Positions 1 to 13,659 of a stretch of DNA of 64,000 bases are shown piece by piece (position 1 is the first letter of the stretch; each line of letters begins with the position of its first letter). The stretch covers positions 75,524 through 139,523 of the forward strand of contig CAWEYG010000005.1 of the NCBI GenBank assembly GCA_963813155.1. Direction: 5' to 3'. This stretch comes from an uncultured Acidobacteriota bacterium (GTDB lineage Bacteria; Acidobacteriota; Thermoanaerobaculia; UBA5066; DATFVB01). Both the position numbers and the translations under genes were made by a program. The notes under the pieces are model-generated. The model saw nothing but the letters and a program-made list of their open reading frames with translations. It did not search any database and was not told the origin of the DNA.

Positions 1-174
1 GCGCGCAAACAGGCCGAGCGCGTGAAGCTGTCGGGCCGCAAGGTGCTGCTGGATCCGATGTCCCCGTCCGACCGGCGCCTCGTTCACCTGAGCCTCTCCA
101 ACGACGCCCAGGTGGAGACGCGCAGCGAGGGAGAGGGGTTCTTCAAGCGGGTCGCCATTTTTCCGCGCCAATAA
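1..174 (+). CDS. khpB: C-terminal fragment of Jag/KhpB (R3H RNA-binding domain protein); 5' end lies outside the window
   Basis: Frame 1 translates to ...LSGRKVLLDPMSPSDRRLVHLSLSNDAQVETRSEGEGFFKRVAIFPRQ*, with TAA at 172-174. Typical R3H tail; conserved position upstream of mnmE. Confidence 0.7.
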   Translation, partial: ARKQAERVKLSGRKVLLDPMSPSDRRLVHLSLSNDAQVETRSEGEGFFKRVAIFPRQ

Positions 175-237
175 GCGGGCGCCGCTTTCAAGGGTCGCCG
201 GGCTCGGGTCTCGCCGCGCTTCGCGGATAATTCCCTC

Positions 238-1593
238 ATGAGGCCCTCTCGAGCCGCCGACCTGGACACGATTGTCGCCGCGGCGACTCCGGCGGGGCGC
301 AGCGCCCTCGCCCTCGTGAGAATTTCCGGCGGCCGGGCGCTCGCGGTCCTTCGTTCCCTCGCGCCGGGGCTCGCCAGGACTCCGCGCGCGCGCGTCGCGA
401 GGCTCGTCGAGCTTCGCGATCCTCTCGGAAATCCGTTCGACCGGGCTCTCGCGACGTACTACCCCGCACCGAACTCGTATACCGGCGAGGACGTCGTCGA
501 GATCGCGATCCACGGAAACCCGATTCTCGTGCGGAAGCTTCTCGCCGCCTCGGCGGCCGCCGGCGCCCGGGAGGCGGAAGCCGGCGAATTTTCGCGGCGC
601 GCGTTTCTCCACGCGAAGCTCGACCTGACGGAAGCGGAATCGGTGCAGGGAGCTGATCGACGCGAAGACCGAAGCCGCGGCTCTCGGAGCTCTTCGCCGG
701 CTGTCGGGATCGCTCTCGGGGCGTCTGGGACGCGTGCGAGAGTCCCTCCTTCTCGCGGTGACGCTCTGGACCGCGTGCGATCGATTTTCCGGAACAGGCG
801 GGCGAGGAAGATCCCGGCGCGATCGGCGGGCATTCTCGGGGACGCGCATCGCGAGCTGTCGGACCTCCTCCGCTGCGCGGCCGCGGGCGCGCGCGTGTCT
901 TCCGGCGTGCGGGTCGCGATCGTCGGGCCGCCGAACGCCGGAAAGTCGACGATCTTCAACGCGATGCTCGGTCGCGACCGGGCGATCGTGACGCCGCACC
1001 CGGGAACGACGCGCGACACGCTCGAAGGAGAGATCGAGCTGGAAGGCCTTTCGATCGTCCTGATCGATACGGCGGGGCTTCGGGAGTCCGCGGAGCCGGT
1101 CGAGTCGGAGGGAATCGTCCGGGCGCGCGACGAGGTCGAGCGAGCAGACGTCGTGCTCTACGTCCGCGAGGCGGGGGAGCGGTGGACGGCGGACGATCGC
1201 GATTTCTGGAGCGGCCTTTCGGGGAGGCCCCGGCTGCTGGTCTCCAACAAGATCGACATTCGCCTTCCCGAGCCTTCGGAGCCCGGCGTTCGCGTGTGCG
1301 CGCTGTCGCCGGACGCTCCCGCGGTCCTTCGCGCGGCCGTCGCCGGGATCCTGCGCGAGGACTTCCACGCCGAGGCTTCGACGCAGGTCGTTTCCGGGCG
1401 CCAGCGGGATCTTCTCGATCGCGCCGAAAAGGAGGTTGTCCGGGCGCTCCGGTCCCTCGAGGGGCGCGCCCCGGCCGAAATCTCGGTTTCCCACGCCGAG
1501 GAAGCCCTTGGAATCCTGAGTGATCTCGTGGGGGAGACGACGACCGAGGACGCCCTCGACCGGCTCTTCTCCCGTTTCTGCATCGGCAAATGA
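238..1593 (+). CDS. mnmE: tRNA uridine-5-carboxymethylaminomethyl(34) synthesis GTPase MnmE. The full-length ORF is open, but residues ~140-195 are out of frame (three compensating single-base indels)
   Basis: N-terminus [23 protein letters not shown]-domain [27 protein letters not shown]...DTAGLRE, C-terminus CIGK*. In the middle the conserved MnmE residues sit in other frames: [20 protein letters not shown] in +1 and [13 protein letters not shown] in +2. Confidence 0.85.
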   Translation: MRPSRAADLDTIVAAATPAGRSALALVRISGGRALAVLRSLAPGLARTPRARVARLVELRDPLGNPFDRALATYYPAPNSYTGEDVVEIAIHGNPILVRKLLAASAAAGAREAEAGEFSRRAFLHAKLDLTEAESVQGADRREDRSRGSRSSSPAVGIALGASGTRARVPPSRGDALDRVRSIFRNRRARKIPARSAGILGDAHRELSDLLRCAAAGARVSSGVRVAIVGPPNAGKSTIFNAMLGRDRAIVTPHPGTTRDTLEGEIELEGLSIVLIDTAGLRESAEPVESEGIVRARDEVERADVVLYVREAGERWTADDRDFWSGLSGRPRLLVSNKIDIRLPEPSEPGVRVCALSPDAPAVLRAAVAGILREDFHAEASTQVVSGRQRDLLDRAEKEVVRALRSLEGRAPAEISVSHAEEALGILSDLVGETTTEDALDRLFSRFCIGK

Positions 1594-3503
1594 AGACCGA
1601 TTTCGACGTCGTCGTCGTTGGCGCCGGGCACGCGGGTTGCGAAGCGGCCCATGCGTGCGCTCGAAAGGGGCTCTCGACCCTGCTGTTGACCTTCTCGAGG
1701 CGGACGATCGCGAAGATGTCGTGCAACCCGGCGATCGGGGGAGTCGGGAAGGGGAATCTGGCGCGCGAGGTCGACGCGCTCGGCGGCCTGATGGGGACCG
1801 TCACCGACGCGGCCTGCATCCAGTTCAAGATGCTCAACCGCTCGCGCGGGCCGGCCGTGTGGGGCCCCCGTGCCCAGTGTGACAAAGAACTTTATAGCAC
1901 AAAGATGACGGCGCTCCTCGACGCCACCCCGCAACTCGCCATCCGCGAAGGGAGCGCTGTCGGATTCCTGGAGTCCGCGGGCCGGATCGGCGGCGTTCGG
2001 CTCGAGAGCGGCGAGACGATCCGGTCCCGGGCGGTCGTCGTCACGACGGGCACGTTTCTCGCGGCCCGGATGCACGTCGGCGCAGACCAGAGCGAGGGCG
2101 GACGCGTCGGCGAGCGCAGCGCGACCGGGCTCTCGGACGCGCTTCGGGCGCTCGGGCTCGAAATCGGAAGGTTTAAGACGGGGACTCCTCCGCGCGTCCG
2201 GCGCGACTCGGTGGAGACTTCGAGGTGCGAGCCGGCCCCCGGCGAGGATCCCCCGGTGCCGTTCTCGTTCCGGACGGCGAGGATCGACAATCCCCAGGTC
2301 CTCTGCTGGCTCACGGCGACAAACGAGCGGGTCCACGGAATCATCCGCGAGAATCTGGACCGGTCGCCGCTGTACGCCGGAAGAATCCGGGGGCTCGGTC
2401 CGCGCTACTGTCCGTCCATCGAGGACAAAGTCGTGAAGTTCGCCGAGAAGGATTTCCACCAGATTTTTCTCGAACCCGAGGGGCTCGCTTCCGAGGAGAT
2501 GTACATCAACGGTCTTTCGACATCGCTTCCCGAGGACGTCCAGCGCGCGATCCTGAAGGAAATCCCGGGCCTCGAAAACGCGGTGATGATTCGGCCCGGT
2601 TACGCCGTCGAATACGATTTCTGTCCTCCGCTTCAGTTGAGGACGACGCTCGAATGCCGCGACGTCCCCGGCCTGTACCTCGCGGGTCAGATCAACGGTA
2701 CATCCGGATACGAAGAGGCGGCCGCCCAGGGATTCTGGGCCGGAGCCAACGCGGCGCTCGCGCTGTCGGGGGAGGATCCTTTCCTTCCGCGCCGGGACGA
2801 AGCGTACTGCGCCGTCCTCGTCGACGACCTCGTGTCGCAGGGCGTCGAGGAGCCGTACCGGATGTTCACTTCGCGCGCCGAATATCGCCTCCTGCTCGGA
2901 GTCGACACGGTGCTTCCGCGACTGCTCGGACATGGAAAGAGGCTCGGGCTGATCTCCGACGTCGAGTACTCGGAGGGCCTGCGCGGGGAAGAGAAGATTC
3001 GGACGTCCGGCAACCGCCTGCGCGAGAAGCGGCTCGTTCCCGACCGTTCGACGCTCGACGAGCTGTTGGAGCGAGGCGCGCCGCCGATCTCTGCGCCCGT
3101 GTCGCTGTTCAAGTACCTCCAGAGGCAGGATGTCGATTGCGACATTCTCTCCCGCGTCGTCCCCGGGTTTCTCGACACTCTGAGCAGGGACGAGAAGTCG
3201 GTCCTCGAGTCGCGGGTGAAATACGAGGGATACATCGTGAAGGAGAAAGACCGGGCGCAGGCCCTTTCCCTCCTGTACGGGGAAAAGATCCCCGCCGATT
3301 TTCCCTACTCGGAGATCTCCGGACTCTCGCGGGAAGTCGTGGAGAAATGTTCGCTTCGGCGCCCGCAGACGCTCGCGGAGGCGGCGCGGATCCCCGGCGT
3401 CACGGCCGGGGCGATCGCTATACTCGCTTCCCATGTCTCCAAAGTCCAAAAGACGGCTCGACGAGAGGCGGGTTCGCGCGGCCCTCTCCCGAATCGCGCC
3501 TGA
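1590..3503 (+). CDS. mnmG: tRNA uridine-5-carboxymethylaminomethyl(34) synthesis enzyme MnmG (GidA)
   Basis: [27 protein letters not shown]...[10 protein letters not shown]; 637 aa; ATGA overlap with mnmE. Confidence 0.93.
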   Translation: MKTDFDVVVVGAGHAGCEAAHACARKGLSTLLLTFSRRTIAKMSCNPAIGGVGKGNLAREVDALGGLMGTVTDAACIQFKMLNRSRGPAVWGPRAQCDKELYSTKMTALLDATPQLAIREGSAVGFLESAGRIGGVRLESGETIRSRAVVVTTGTFLAARMHVGADQSEGGRVGERSATGLSDALRALGLEIGRFKTGTPPRVRRDSVETSRCEPAPGEDPPVPFSFRTARIDNPQVLCWLTATNERVHGIIRENLDRSPLYAGRIRGLGPRYCPSIEDKVVKFAEKDFHQIFLEPEGLASEEMYINGLSTSLPEDVQRAILKEIPGLENAVMIRPGYAVEYDFCPPLQLRTTLECRDVPGLYLAGQINGTSGYEEAAAQGFWAGANAALALSGEDPFLPRRDEAYCAVLVDDLVSQGVEEPYRMFTSRAEYRLLLGVDTVLPRLLGHGKRLGLISDVEYSEGLRGEEKIRTSGNRLREKRLVPDRSTLDELLERGAPPISAPVSLFKYLQRQDVDCDILSRVVPGFLDTLSRDEKSVLESRVKYEGYIVKEKDRAQALSLLYGEKIPADFPYSEISGLSREVVEKCSLRRPQTLAEAARIPGVTAGAIAILASHVSKVQKTARREAGSRGPLPNRA

Positions 3504-4083
3504 GCTCGGCCTCGTCCTCGACGAGCCCCGGATCGCGCTTCTCCTGGCGTTCCTGACGGAGCTGTCCGTCTGGGGGGAGGCGACGAATCTGACCGGGAAG
3601 CTCTCCGACGAAGACCTGGCCTTCCACTGTCTCGAATCCGCCTGCGGCGCGGACCTGCTGGAGCCGGGGGAGACCGTCCTCGACATCGGGTCCGGAGCCG
3701 GTTTTCCGGGGATTCCTCTCGCCATCTGGCGGGTCCGAATTACCCTGCTCGAACCCCGCGAGCGACGCGCCGCTTTCCTTCGGCACGTGCTGCGCGCCCT
3801 GGGTGCGGGCTTGAACGCCGAGGTTCGAGCCGATAGAGTGGAGAGACTCCCGGATCCCGCATTCGACTCGGCGACGGTACGCGCGGTCGGCGGTTTCGGA
3901 GCCACGGTGGGGGAGGCGAAATTCTTGAAGCCGAACGGGAAACTGCTGATCTGGACAAGCGATGCCGCACGGTACGAGCGGGATCTCGCTCCCGGGTTCC
4001 GCCTCGAAAAATCGCGCCCGATTCCGACCTCCCGAACCCGGGAAATCGCGGTCTTCCGGAAATGTTCCACGGGGAACATTTGA
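3433..4083 (+). CDS. rsmG: 16S rRNA (guanine527-N7)-methyltransferase RsmG (GidB)
   Basis: SAM motif [16 protein letters not shown]. The only in-frame start is ATG 3433, giving a 71-nt overlap with mnmG. Confidence 0.8.
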   Translation: MSPKSKRRLDERRVRAALSRIAPELGLVLDEPRIALLLAFLTELSVWGEATNLTGKLSDEDLAFHCLESACGADLLEPGETVLDIGSGAGFPGIPLAIWRVRITLLEPRERRAAFLRHVLRALGAGLNAEVRADRVERLPDPAFDSATVRAVGGFGATVGEAKFLKPNGKLLIWTSDAARYERDLAPGFRLEKSRPIPTSRTREIAVFRKCSTGNI

Positions 4084-4099
4084 GCCGCTGAGGGCGTTG

Positions 4100-4849
4100 A
4101 TGGGCCGAACCGTTGCGCTCGCGAACCAGAAGGGTGGCGTCGGGAAGACCACGACCGTGATCAATCTCGGCGCGGCCCTCGCGAGCCTCGACCGCCGCGT
4201 CCTGCTCGTTGACGTGGATCCGCAGTCGAACACGACGTCGGGCCTCGGATTTCCGAAGGACAACGACGGCGGGACGGTCTACGACGCGCTCCGGGGAGAG
4301 CCGGTCGCGATCAAGCCGACCGCGTTCCCGAACCTGTTTCTCCTCTCGTCGACCCGCGAGCTCGTCGGCGCCGAGATCGAGCTCGTCGACGTGCCCGACC
4401 GCGAGCGCCGTCTCGCCGCGGCGCTCGACGCGGTCAAGGGAGACTTCGACTTCCTCCTCATCGACTGCCCGCCCTCTCTCGGGCTCCTGACGCTCAACAG
4501 CCTTTGCGCGGCGGACGCCGTGCTGATCCCGATCCAGTGCGAGTATTTCGCGCTCGAAGGGGTGACCGACCTCATGGAAACGATCGATCGCATTCGCGCG
4601 TCGTTCAACGGCCGGCTGGAGATCGAAGGCGTCCTGCTGACGATGTACGACGAGCGGACGAACCTGTCGAGGCAGATCGTCGACGACATCCGCTCGCACT
4701 TCGGGCCGAAAGTCTACCGATCCGTGATTCCCCGCAGCGTCCGGCTCGCGGAGGCGCCCTCGTTCGGAAAGCCGATCCTCGCGTACGACATCAAATCGAA
4801 AGGCTCCGAGGCGTACCTTGCGCTCGCGGCCGAGGTGATCGGCTCATGA
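4100..4849 (+). CDS. parA: Chromosome partitioning ATPase ParA/Soj
   Basis: Deviant Walker A motif MGRTVALANQKGGVGKTTTVINLGAALA; start chosen at the internal ATG 4100 of ORF 3962-4849. Confidence 0.9.
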   Translation: MGRTVALANQKGGVGKTTTVINLGAALASLDRRVLLVDVDPQSNTTSGLGFPKDNDGGTVYDALRGEPVAIKPTAFPNLFLLSSTRELVGAEIELVDVPDRERRLAAALDAVKGDFDFLLIDCPPSLGLLTLNSLCAADAVLIPIQCEYFALEGVTDLMETIDRIRASFNGRLEIEGVLLTMYDERTNLSRQIVDDIRSHFGPKVYRSVIPRSVRLAEAPSFGKPILAYDIKSKGSEAYLALAAEVIGS

Positions 4850-5706
4850 GCCCGAAGCGACAGCCCCTGGGCCGCGGCCTGTCGGCGCTCCTGCCGGGGA
4901 AGGAAGAAAAGCGCGACGAATCGGGCCGGCGGGAAGTGGAGATTGCGAAAATCCGGCCGGGCCGATTTCAGCCCCGCGTCCAGTTCGACGCCGGAGCACT
5001 GACCGGCCTCGCCCAGTCGATCCGCTTGAACGGCGTCGTCCAGCCGATCCTCGTCGCTCCCGCCGAAAACGGCGAATTCACGATCATCGCGGGGGAGCGC
5101 CGTTTCCGGGCGGCGCGGGAGGCGGGCCTGACCCGCGTGCCGGTCATCGTGCGAACCCCCCGCAACGATGAAGAAAGGCTCGAGCTCGCGCTGATCGAGA
5201 ACATCCAGCGCGAGGACTTGAATCCGATGGAAGAAGCCGCCGCCTACGGCCGTCTTCGCGAAGAATTTCACCTGACGCAGGAAGAGATCGCGGAAAAAGT
5301 CGGTAAAGATCGCTCGACGGTGGCTAACTCATTAAGAATCTTACGTTTACCTTCTACTGTTCGCGACCTCCTCCGAAACGGAGCTCTCAGCGCGGGCCAT
5401 GCGAAGGCGATCGCCTCCCTGTCGTCGGCCGACGACCAGACTCGCCTGGCCGAGGAGATCGTCCGACGGGCGCTCTCCGTGCGGGCGGCGGAAGCCCGCG
5501 CCGCCGCGATGGCCGCTCCTTCCCCGGGCGTTCGGAAGGAAAAGAGGCGCGATCCCTTCAGCCGCGACGCGGAAGAGAAGCTCGCGCGCCGGCTTCATGC
5601 GAAAGTGCAGCTGCGCCGCAAGCGGCGCGGGGGCTCGATCTCGATTGATTTCGGATCGGAGGAAGAATTGATCCGCCTGTTCGAAATCCTGATGGGGAAA
5701 CACTGA
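4846..5706 (+). CDS. parB: Chromosome partitioning protein ParB/Spo0J
   Basis: ParB box LRPGRFQPRVQFD...GERRFRAAREAGL and HTH VANSLRILRLP. ATGA overlap with parA at 4846-4849. Confidence 0.9.
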   Translation: MSPKRQPLGRGLSALLPGKEEKRDESGRREVEIAKIRPGRFQPRVQFDAGALTGLAQSIRLNGVVQPILVAPAENGEFTIIAGERRFRAAREAGLTRVPVIVRTPRNDEERLELALIENIQREDLNPMEEAAAYGRLREEFHLTQEEIAEKVGKDRSTVANSLRILRLPSTVRDLLRNGALSAGHAKAIASLSSADDQTRLAEEIVRRALSVRAAEARAAAMAAPSPGVRKEKRRDPFSRDAEEKLARRLHAKVQLRRKRRGGSISIDFGSEEELIRLFEILMGKH

Positions 5707-6050
5707 TGTCATCGAAAAAACCGGGCGACGGAGTTCTGAACGGGTTTCTGGACCAGGGAAGCCGCTTCAAAGGAGAGCTTTCCTTCGACGACACGCTGAG
5801 GATCGACGGAAAGTTCGAGGGAACGATCCGGTCGGCGAATCAGCTGATCATCGGCGAGACTGCCGACGTCAACGCGGACATCCAGGTGGGAAGCGTGTCG
5901 ATCGACGGAACGGTCCGCGGCACGGTCGTCGCGAAATCGAAGATCGAGATCCACCCCCATGGAAAGGTGTTCGCGCAACTCAACTCGCCGATTCTGAAAA
6001 TCGAGGAAGGCGCGCTCTTCCAGGGCGCGTGCACGATGGAATCGAAGTGA
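5706..6050 (+). CDS. Bactofilin (CcmA-like polymer-forming cytoskeletal protein)
   Basis: Repeated beta-helix pattern IDGKFEGTIRSANQLIIGETADVNADIQVGSVSIDGTVRGTVVAKSKIEIHPHGKV, typical of bactofilin DUF583. ATGA overlap with parB. Confidence 0.8.
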   Translation: MSSKKPGDGVLNGFLDQGSRFKGELSFDDTLRIDGKFEGTIRSANQLIIGETADVNADIQVGSVSIDGTVRGTVVAKSKIEIHPHGKVFAQLNSPILKIEEGALFQGACTMESK

Positions 6051-6143
6051 GGCCGGGAACCCGGCGCCCGCGCCATTGCGCGGGCCTTCGGAGTCTGATA
6101 TCAATGCTCGGTTTTTTCGAATCGCTCCGGAAGGAACTCTAGA

Positions 6144-6578
6144 ATGCTGCAGGCCCCCAACGTCTCGATGCTCCTGATCCTGGCGATTTTCTTCGCCGTG
6201 CTGTGGCTTTTGAACCGTTTCGTTTTTCGGCCCGTCGGCGCGATCCTCGACGAACGGGAGAGGGAGACGACGACGGCCTCGCAGGCCTACGCCGGGGCCC
6301 TCGCGGAATTCCAGGCGGCGGCGGACAAGATCGAGGCCGACCTGTCGCTCGCCCGCCGCGAGGCCCTCAAGCTTCGGGAAGAGCGGCGCGCCGAAGGTAT
6401 GCAGCTCCGGTCGAGCAAGATCGAGCAGGTCAAGGCGGAAGCCGCCGAGAAACTCTCGGGCGCGAGCGCGGAGTTGGAACTGCACTCTCGAACAGTCGCC
6501 GCCGATCTTCCCGCCCGGGTTGCGGCGCTTGCCCAGTTGCTGGCCGAGAAAATCCTCGGGCGAAAGGTGGCGGCGTGA
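6144..6578 (+). CDS. atpF: F0F1 ATP synthase subunit b' (first of two b-type subunits)
   Basis: N-terminal TM helix LLILAIFFAVLWLLNRFVFRPV followed by a long charged coiled coil; position ahead of delta. Confidence 0.75.
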   Translation: MLQAPNVSMLLILAIFFAVLWLLNRFVFRPVGAILDERERETTTASQAYAGALAEFQAAADKIEADLSLARREALKLREERRAEGMQLRSSKIEQVKAEAAEKLSGASAELELHSRTVAADLPARVAALAQLLAEKILGRKVAA

Positions 6579-7150
6579 GACGCGCGCGACTCGCGCTCGC
6601 GGCCGGCTGGACGGTGCTGCTCGCGTTGCCCCTTCGGGCCGCGGAAGAGGCCGCCGCGCCGGAGAAATTTCTCGGTCTTCCCGTCGAGCTCTGGAAGACG
6701 GTGAATCTCCTGCTTTTTCTCGGGATGCTCGTCTATTTCCTCGGCAAGCCGTTCAACCGATATTTTCGGAAGCGGCGCGAGGACCTCGACGCGCTGCTGG
6801 ACAAGGCGAAAACCGACCGGGAGCAGGCTTTGACGCTCGCGGCGGAGATGCGCACGCGGCTTTCGAAGCTCGAATCCGAGATCGCGGAGATCCGCGCCCG
6901 GGGAGCGGTAGACGGCGAGGCGGAGAAGGCCGCCCAGCTCGCGGCGGCGGAGAAAGAGGCAGAAAACCTGCTTCGAAACACGGCGGAGGAAATCGACCGC
7001 CGGCTCGCCGCCGCGAAACAGGAGCTCGCGCGGGCGGCCTCGGACCTGGCGGCGTCGCGCGCGAAGGAGATTCTCGCCGGTTCGATCACGGACGAGGACC
7101 GGAAACGTCTTCTCGACGACAGCGTCCAGAAGATCTCGCGGATCCAATGA
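6575..7150 (+). CDS. atpF: F0F1 ATP synthase subunit b
   Basis: GTG start overlapping the previous stop; TM helix LLLFLGMLVYFLGKPF plus coiled coil; same frame as ORF 6203-7150. Confidence 0.7.
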   Translation: MRRARLALAAGWTVLLALPLRAAEEAAAPEKFLGLPVELWKTVNLLLFLGMLVYFLGKPFNRYFRKRREDLDALLDKAKTDREQALTLAAEMRTRLSKLESEIAEIRARGAVDGEAEKAAQLAAAEKEAENLLRNTAEEIDRRLAAAKQELARAASDLAASRAKEILAGSITDEDRKRLLDDSVQKISRIQ

Positions 7151-7675
7151 GCGCGCGATTCGCCAGACCCTACGCGGCCGCGCTGCTCCAGACGGCGCCT
7201 CCGAACTATGATTTCGGGAGTTTCCTCGCGTCCGTTCGCGCGATCGCCGACGCTCTCGCGGCCAGCGGCAGCCTGAGGTCGATCCTTTCGAATCCTTCGG
7301 TTGCGTTCGCGGCCAAAGAGGGGATCGTCGAGGCTCTTTCCGAGAAGGCGGGCCTCGACACGACTGGCCGAAGGTTCCTCCAGGTCGTCCTGCGGAACCG
7401 GCGGTTCCTCGGCCTGTCGGAGATCGCGGGCGCGATCGGAGAGGCGCTCGACGCGCGGGAAGGCGTCGTCCCGGCGAGCATCACCGCCGCGGGAGTGCTT
7501 GCCGCCCCCGACGCCGACCGCGTTGCCGCGGCCCTGTCGGGCGCGGTCGGAAAGAAAGTTCGCGCGACCTTCGAAGTCGACGCGAACCTCCTCGCGGGCT
7601 TCGTGGCCCGCGTCGGATCCAGGATCTACGACGCCTCCGCCCTCGGAGCGCTCGAAAAATTTAAGGAAGAAACGC

Positions 7676-7686
<11 letters not shown>
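7147..7686 (+). CDS. atpH: F0F1 ATP synthase subunit delta (OSCP)
   Basis: [17 protein letters not shown]...; ATGA overlap with the b subunit; located upstream of alpha. Confidence 0.8.
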
Positions 7687-9208
<1,522 letters not shown>

Positions 9209-9218
9209 CCGGCAGACG

Positions 9219-11550
<2,332 letters not shown>

Positions 11551-11552
11551 AC

Positions 11553-11948
11553 GTGCCGCTTCAACTGCAACTCGTCACGCCGGAACGCAAAGTCCTTGAC
11601 GTCGCGTGCGATGAGGTGGAATTGCCGGGCGAAATGGGGCATTTCGGCGTCCTTGCGGGACACGCGCGCCTGATCGCGCTGCTCCAGATCGGAGAGGCGC
11701 GGTATCGGGTGGACAAAAAGGAAAGCTACGTCGCGATCGGCGGCGGCTTCGCCGAGGTCGCCGACGACAAGGTGACCGTTCTGTGCGATTTCGCGCAGCT
11801 TCCGGAAGAGATCGACGTCGCCGCCGCGCAGAGCGACAAGACGCAGGCCGAGGAAGAGATGAAGACGGTCGGCCCGGAAACGTTCGACGCGGTGCATGCG
11901 AAGCTGGAAACCGCTGACGCCAGGATTCAGGTCGCCAACCGGAAGTAG
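11553..11948 (+). CDS. atpC: F0F1 ATP synthase subunit epsilon
   Basis: GTG start; VPLQLQLVTPERKVLDVACDEVELPGEMGHFGVLAGHARLIALL; tail of the frame of ORF 10755-11948. Confidence 0.85.
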   Translation: MPLQLQLVTPERKVLDVACDEVELPGEMGHFGVLAGHARLIALLQIGEARYRVDKKESYVAIGGGFAEVADDKVTVLCDFAQLPEEIDVAAAQSDKTQAEEEMKTVGPETFDAVHAKLETADARIQVANRK

Positions 11949-12056
11949 GGCTCGCTGGGCAGGAATCCGCCCCGCGTCGAATAGCGTACTTCTCCCGTGG
12001 CGTGAAGGGGATCCGGATCGTTCCGGTACCGGAGATTCGGGCGGCGTAGACGGGAG

Positions 12057-13659
12057 TCAGCGCTCCGACACGTCGTAGGCGCACATGCGCTCCCCGCACT
12101 TTTCGTTGTTGAGCCTCTTGCGGCTCCATTCTTCCAGCTCGGAGACCACGGCGTCGCGGTCCTTGTAACGCAGGACGAGCAGTTTCTCGCCGGTGCGGAG
12201 CCCCTTTGCGGAGTCGGTGATCACGGCCGGGCGGTCGGTGTAGTACTCGAACAGCGGTCCCTGGAACCACTGGTTCAAGGGCGTCTCGGAGATCGGAACG
12301 AAGACGAATCGGGAGAAGGTGTCGTTGCGGAGGGAAGAGAGGAACTCGATGTCCGATCGTGTTCCGAGCTGGTCGTCGAGCACCTGGGCGTACGCCGCTT
12401 TCGCGGCGGAGAGGAGATAGAACGCCAGGGCCGCGCAGCCGATAACGGTTCCGGCGAGCCCGGAGCGGCTGCGACCGAGAGACGCGGCGAAGCCGGCGAC
12501 GAGTGCTGCGATCGGCAGGCAGAACCAGTACTGCCAGTACAGATGAATGAAGCTTCCCTCCCGGAACGCGAAGAGCCAGACGCAGGCGACCGCAAGCGTC
12601 GTGAAAAAGAACACGGCCAGGCCGGGTCGGGGCGGCGCCGAAGAAACCGGAGCCCTTGCGCGAGAACGCCTTTTCCAGAGCCATGGCCCCGCGAGGGAGA
12701 GCGAGAGAGCCGCCACAATCCAGGGGACGGCCGGGGTGAAGTTGCTCTTCGCGTAGGTCCACTGGCGCGCCCACCATTCTGCGGCGGGAATCGACGCTGC
12801 CCGTTCGGCGAACGAGCGCGCCAGAGCGCCCCTTGCGCTCGCCCAGGTCCCACGGATGGAGATCAGGAGGCCGGCCAGCGCGGCGACTCCGCCCAAACCG
12901 GATAACGCCGTGGTCGTCAGAGCGCGCTTCGCTTTCGGATCGCCGGTTCGCAGCGAGGCCGCGAGGAGGTACGCAGCGATCGCACCCGCGAAGAGTGCGC
13001 CCGTCCAGTGCGCGAGGATCGCGAGGCCGACCGCAACGCCGTAGAACGCGAGCGCGCCCTTCGTCCCCCTGCGAAAATAGGCGGAAAGAGCGACGAACAG
13101 CCAGACGCCCGCGAGCATTCCGTCCGTCTCGAATTTCACGCAGGTCTGGTAAACGGCGAACAGCGGCAGACAGACGAGCGTGACGGCGCCGGCGAGCGAA
13201 GCCATCAGACTTCCCGTCGCCTGGAGAAAGATCGCGTAGGTGCCGGCGGCGGTCGCAAACGAAATCGCGAGATAGAACGCGCGAGCAGCCCACTCGGGGG
13301 TTCCCGTAATCTTCGTGAATTGCTGGAAAACGGTCTTCACCAGGAAGGGATGATCGGTGTAGTAGGTCGGATTCCCCCGCCGTTCGCCCCACCTCGAGTA
13401 GGCGTTGACCGTGACTCCGAACTGCGACCGGAGGTCCCCATTGCGGTTGCCGTTTCGTGCCCGGAACAGATAGTCGGCGTTGTCGTAGTTGTAATGCAGT
13501 CGGGTATCGAGAAGAGGAAGATTCAGTTTGTCTCCGCAGGTCGCGACCTGAAGGGCGAGGATCAACGCCAGGGAGAACGCGATTCCCGCGGCTTTCTTGC
13601 GTTCTCGATCCGGCCGCGCGAGGGCATGTTTCTCGTGGCGGATCGCCTTTCGCGTCACG
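12057..13659 (-). CDS. Integral membrane glycosyltransferase family 39-like (PMT/ArnT-like) protein; start inferred at a GTG that overlaps the upstream stop
   Basis: About 12 predicted TM segments (AFYLAISFATAAGTYAIFL, LAGVWLFVALSAYF, LYWQYWFCLPIAALVAGF, ...). The N-terminal 200 codons of ORF 12057-14309 overlap the S9 peptidase gene and look non-coding. Confidence 0.55.

Noticed and set aside
1158-4079. 973-aa minus-strand ORF antisense to mnmE/mnmG/rsmG, and many similar long ORFs (e.g. 18657-20759, 25604-28195, 44176-46947, 51481-53811, 57264-58844)
   Set aside because: These are Arg/Pro/Gly-rich low-complexity translations lying antisense to well-supported genes, the classic open-frame artefacts of ~70% GC DNA. 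No conserved motifs. The 51481-53811 ORF does contain real coding segments (aldolase N-terminus, hypothetical gene 2) but is not a single gene.
6071-6089. CCCGCGC-CATT-GCGCGGG hairpin after the bactofilin gene as an intrinsic terminator
   Set aside because: It is a perfect 7-bp stem, but it is followed by CCTTCGGAG rather than a U-run. Kept only as a possible attenuator, mentioned under the ATP synthase finding.
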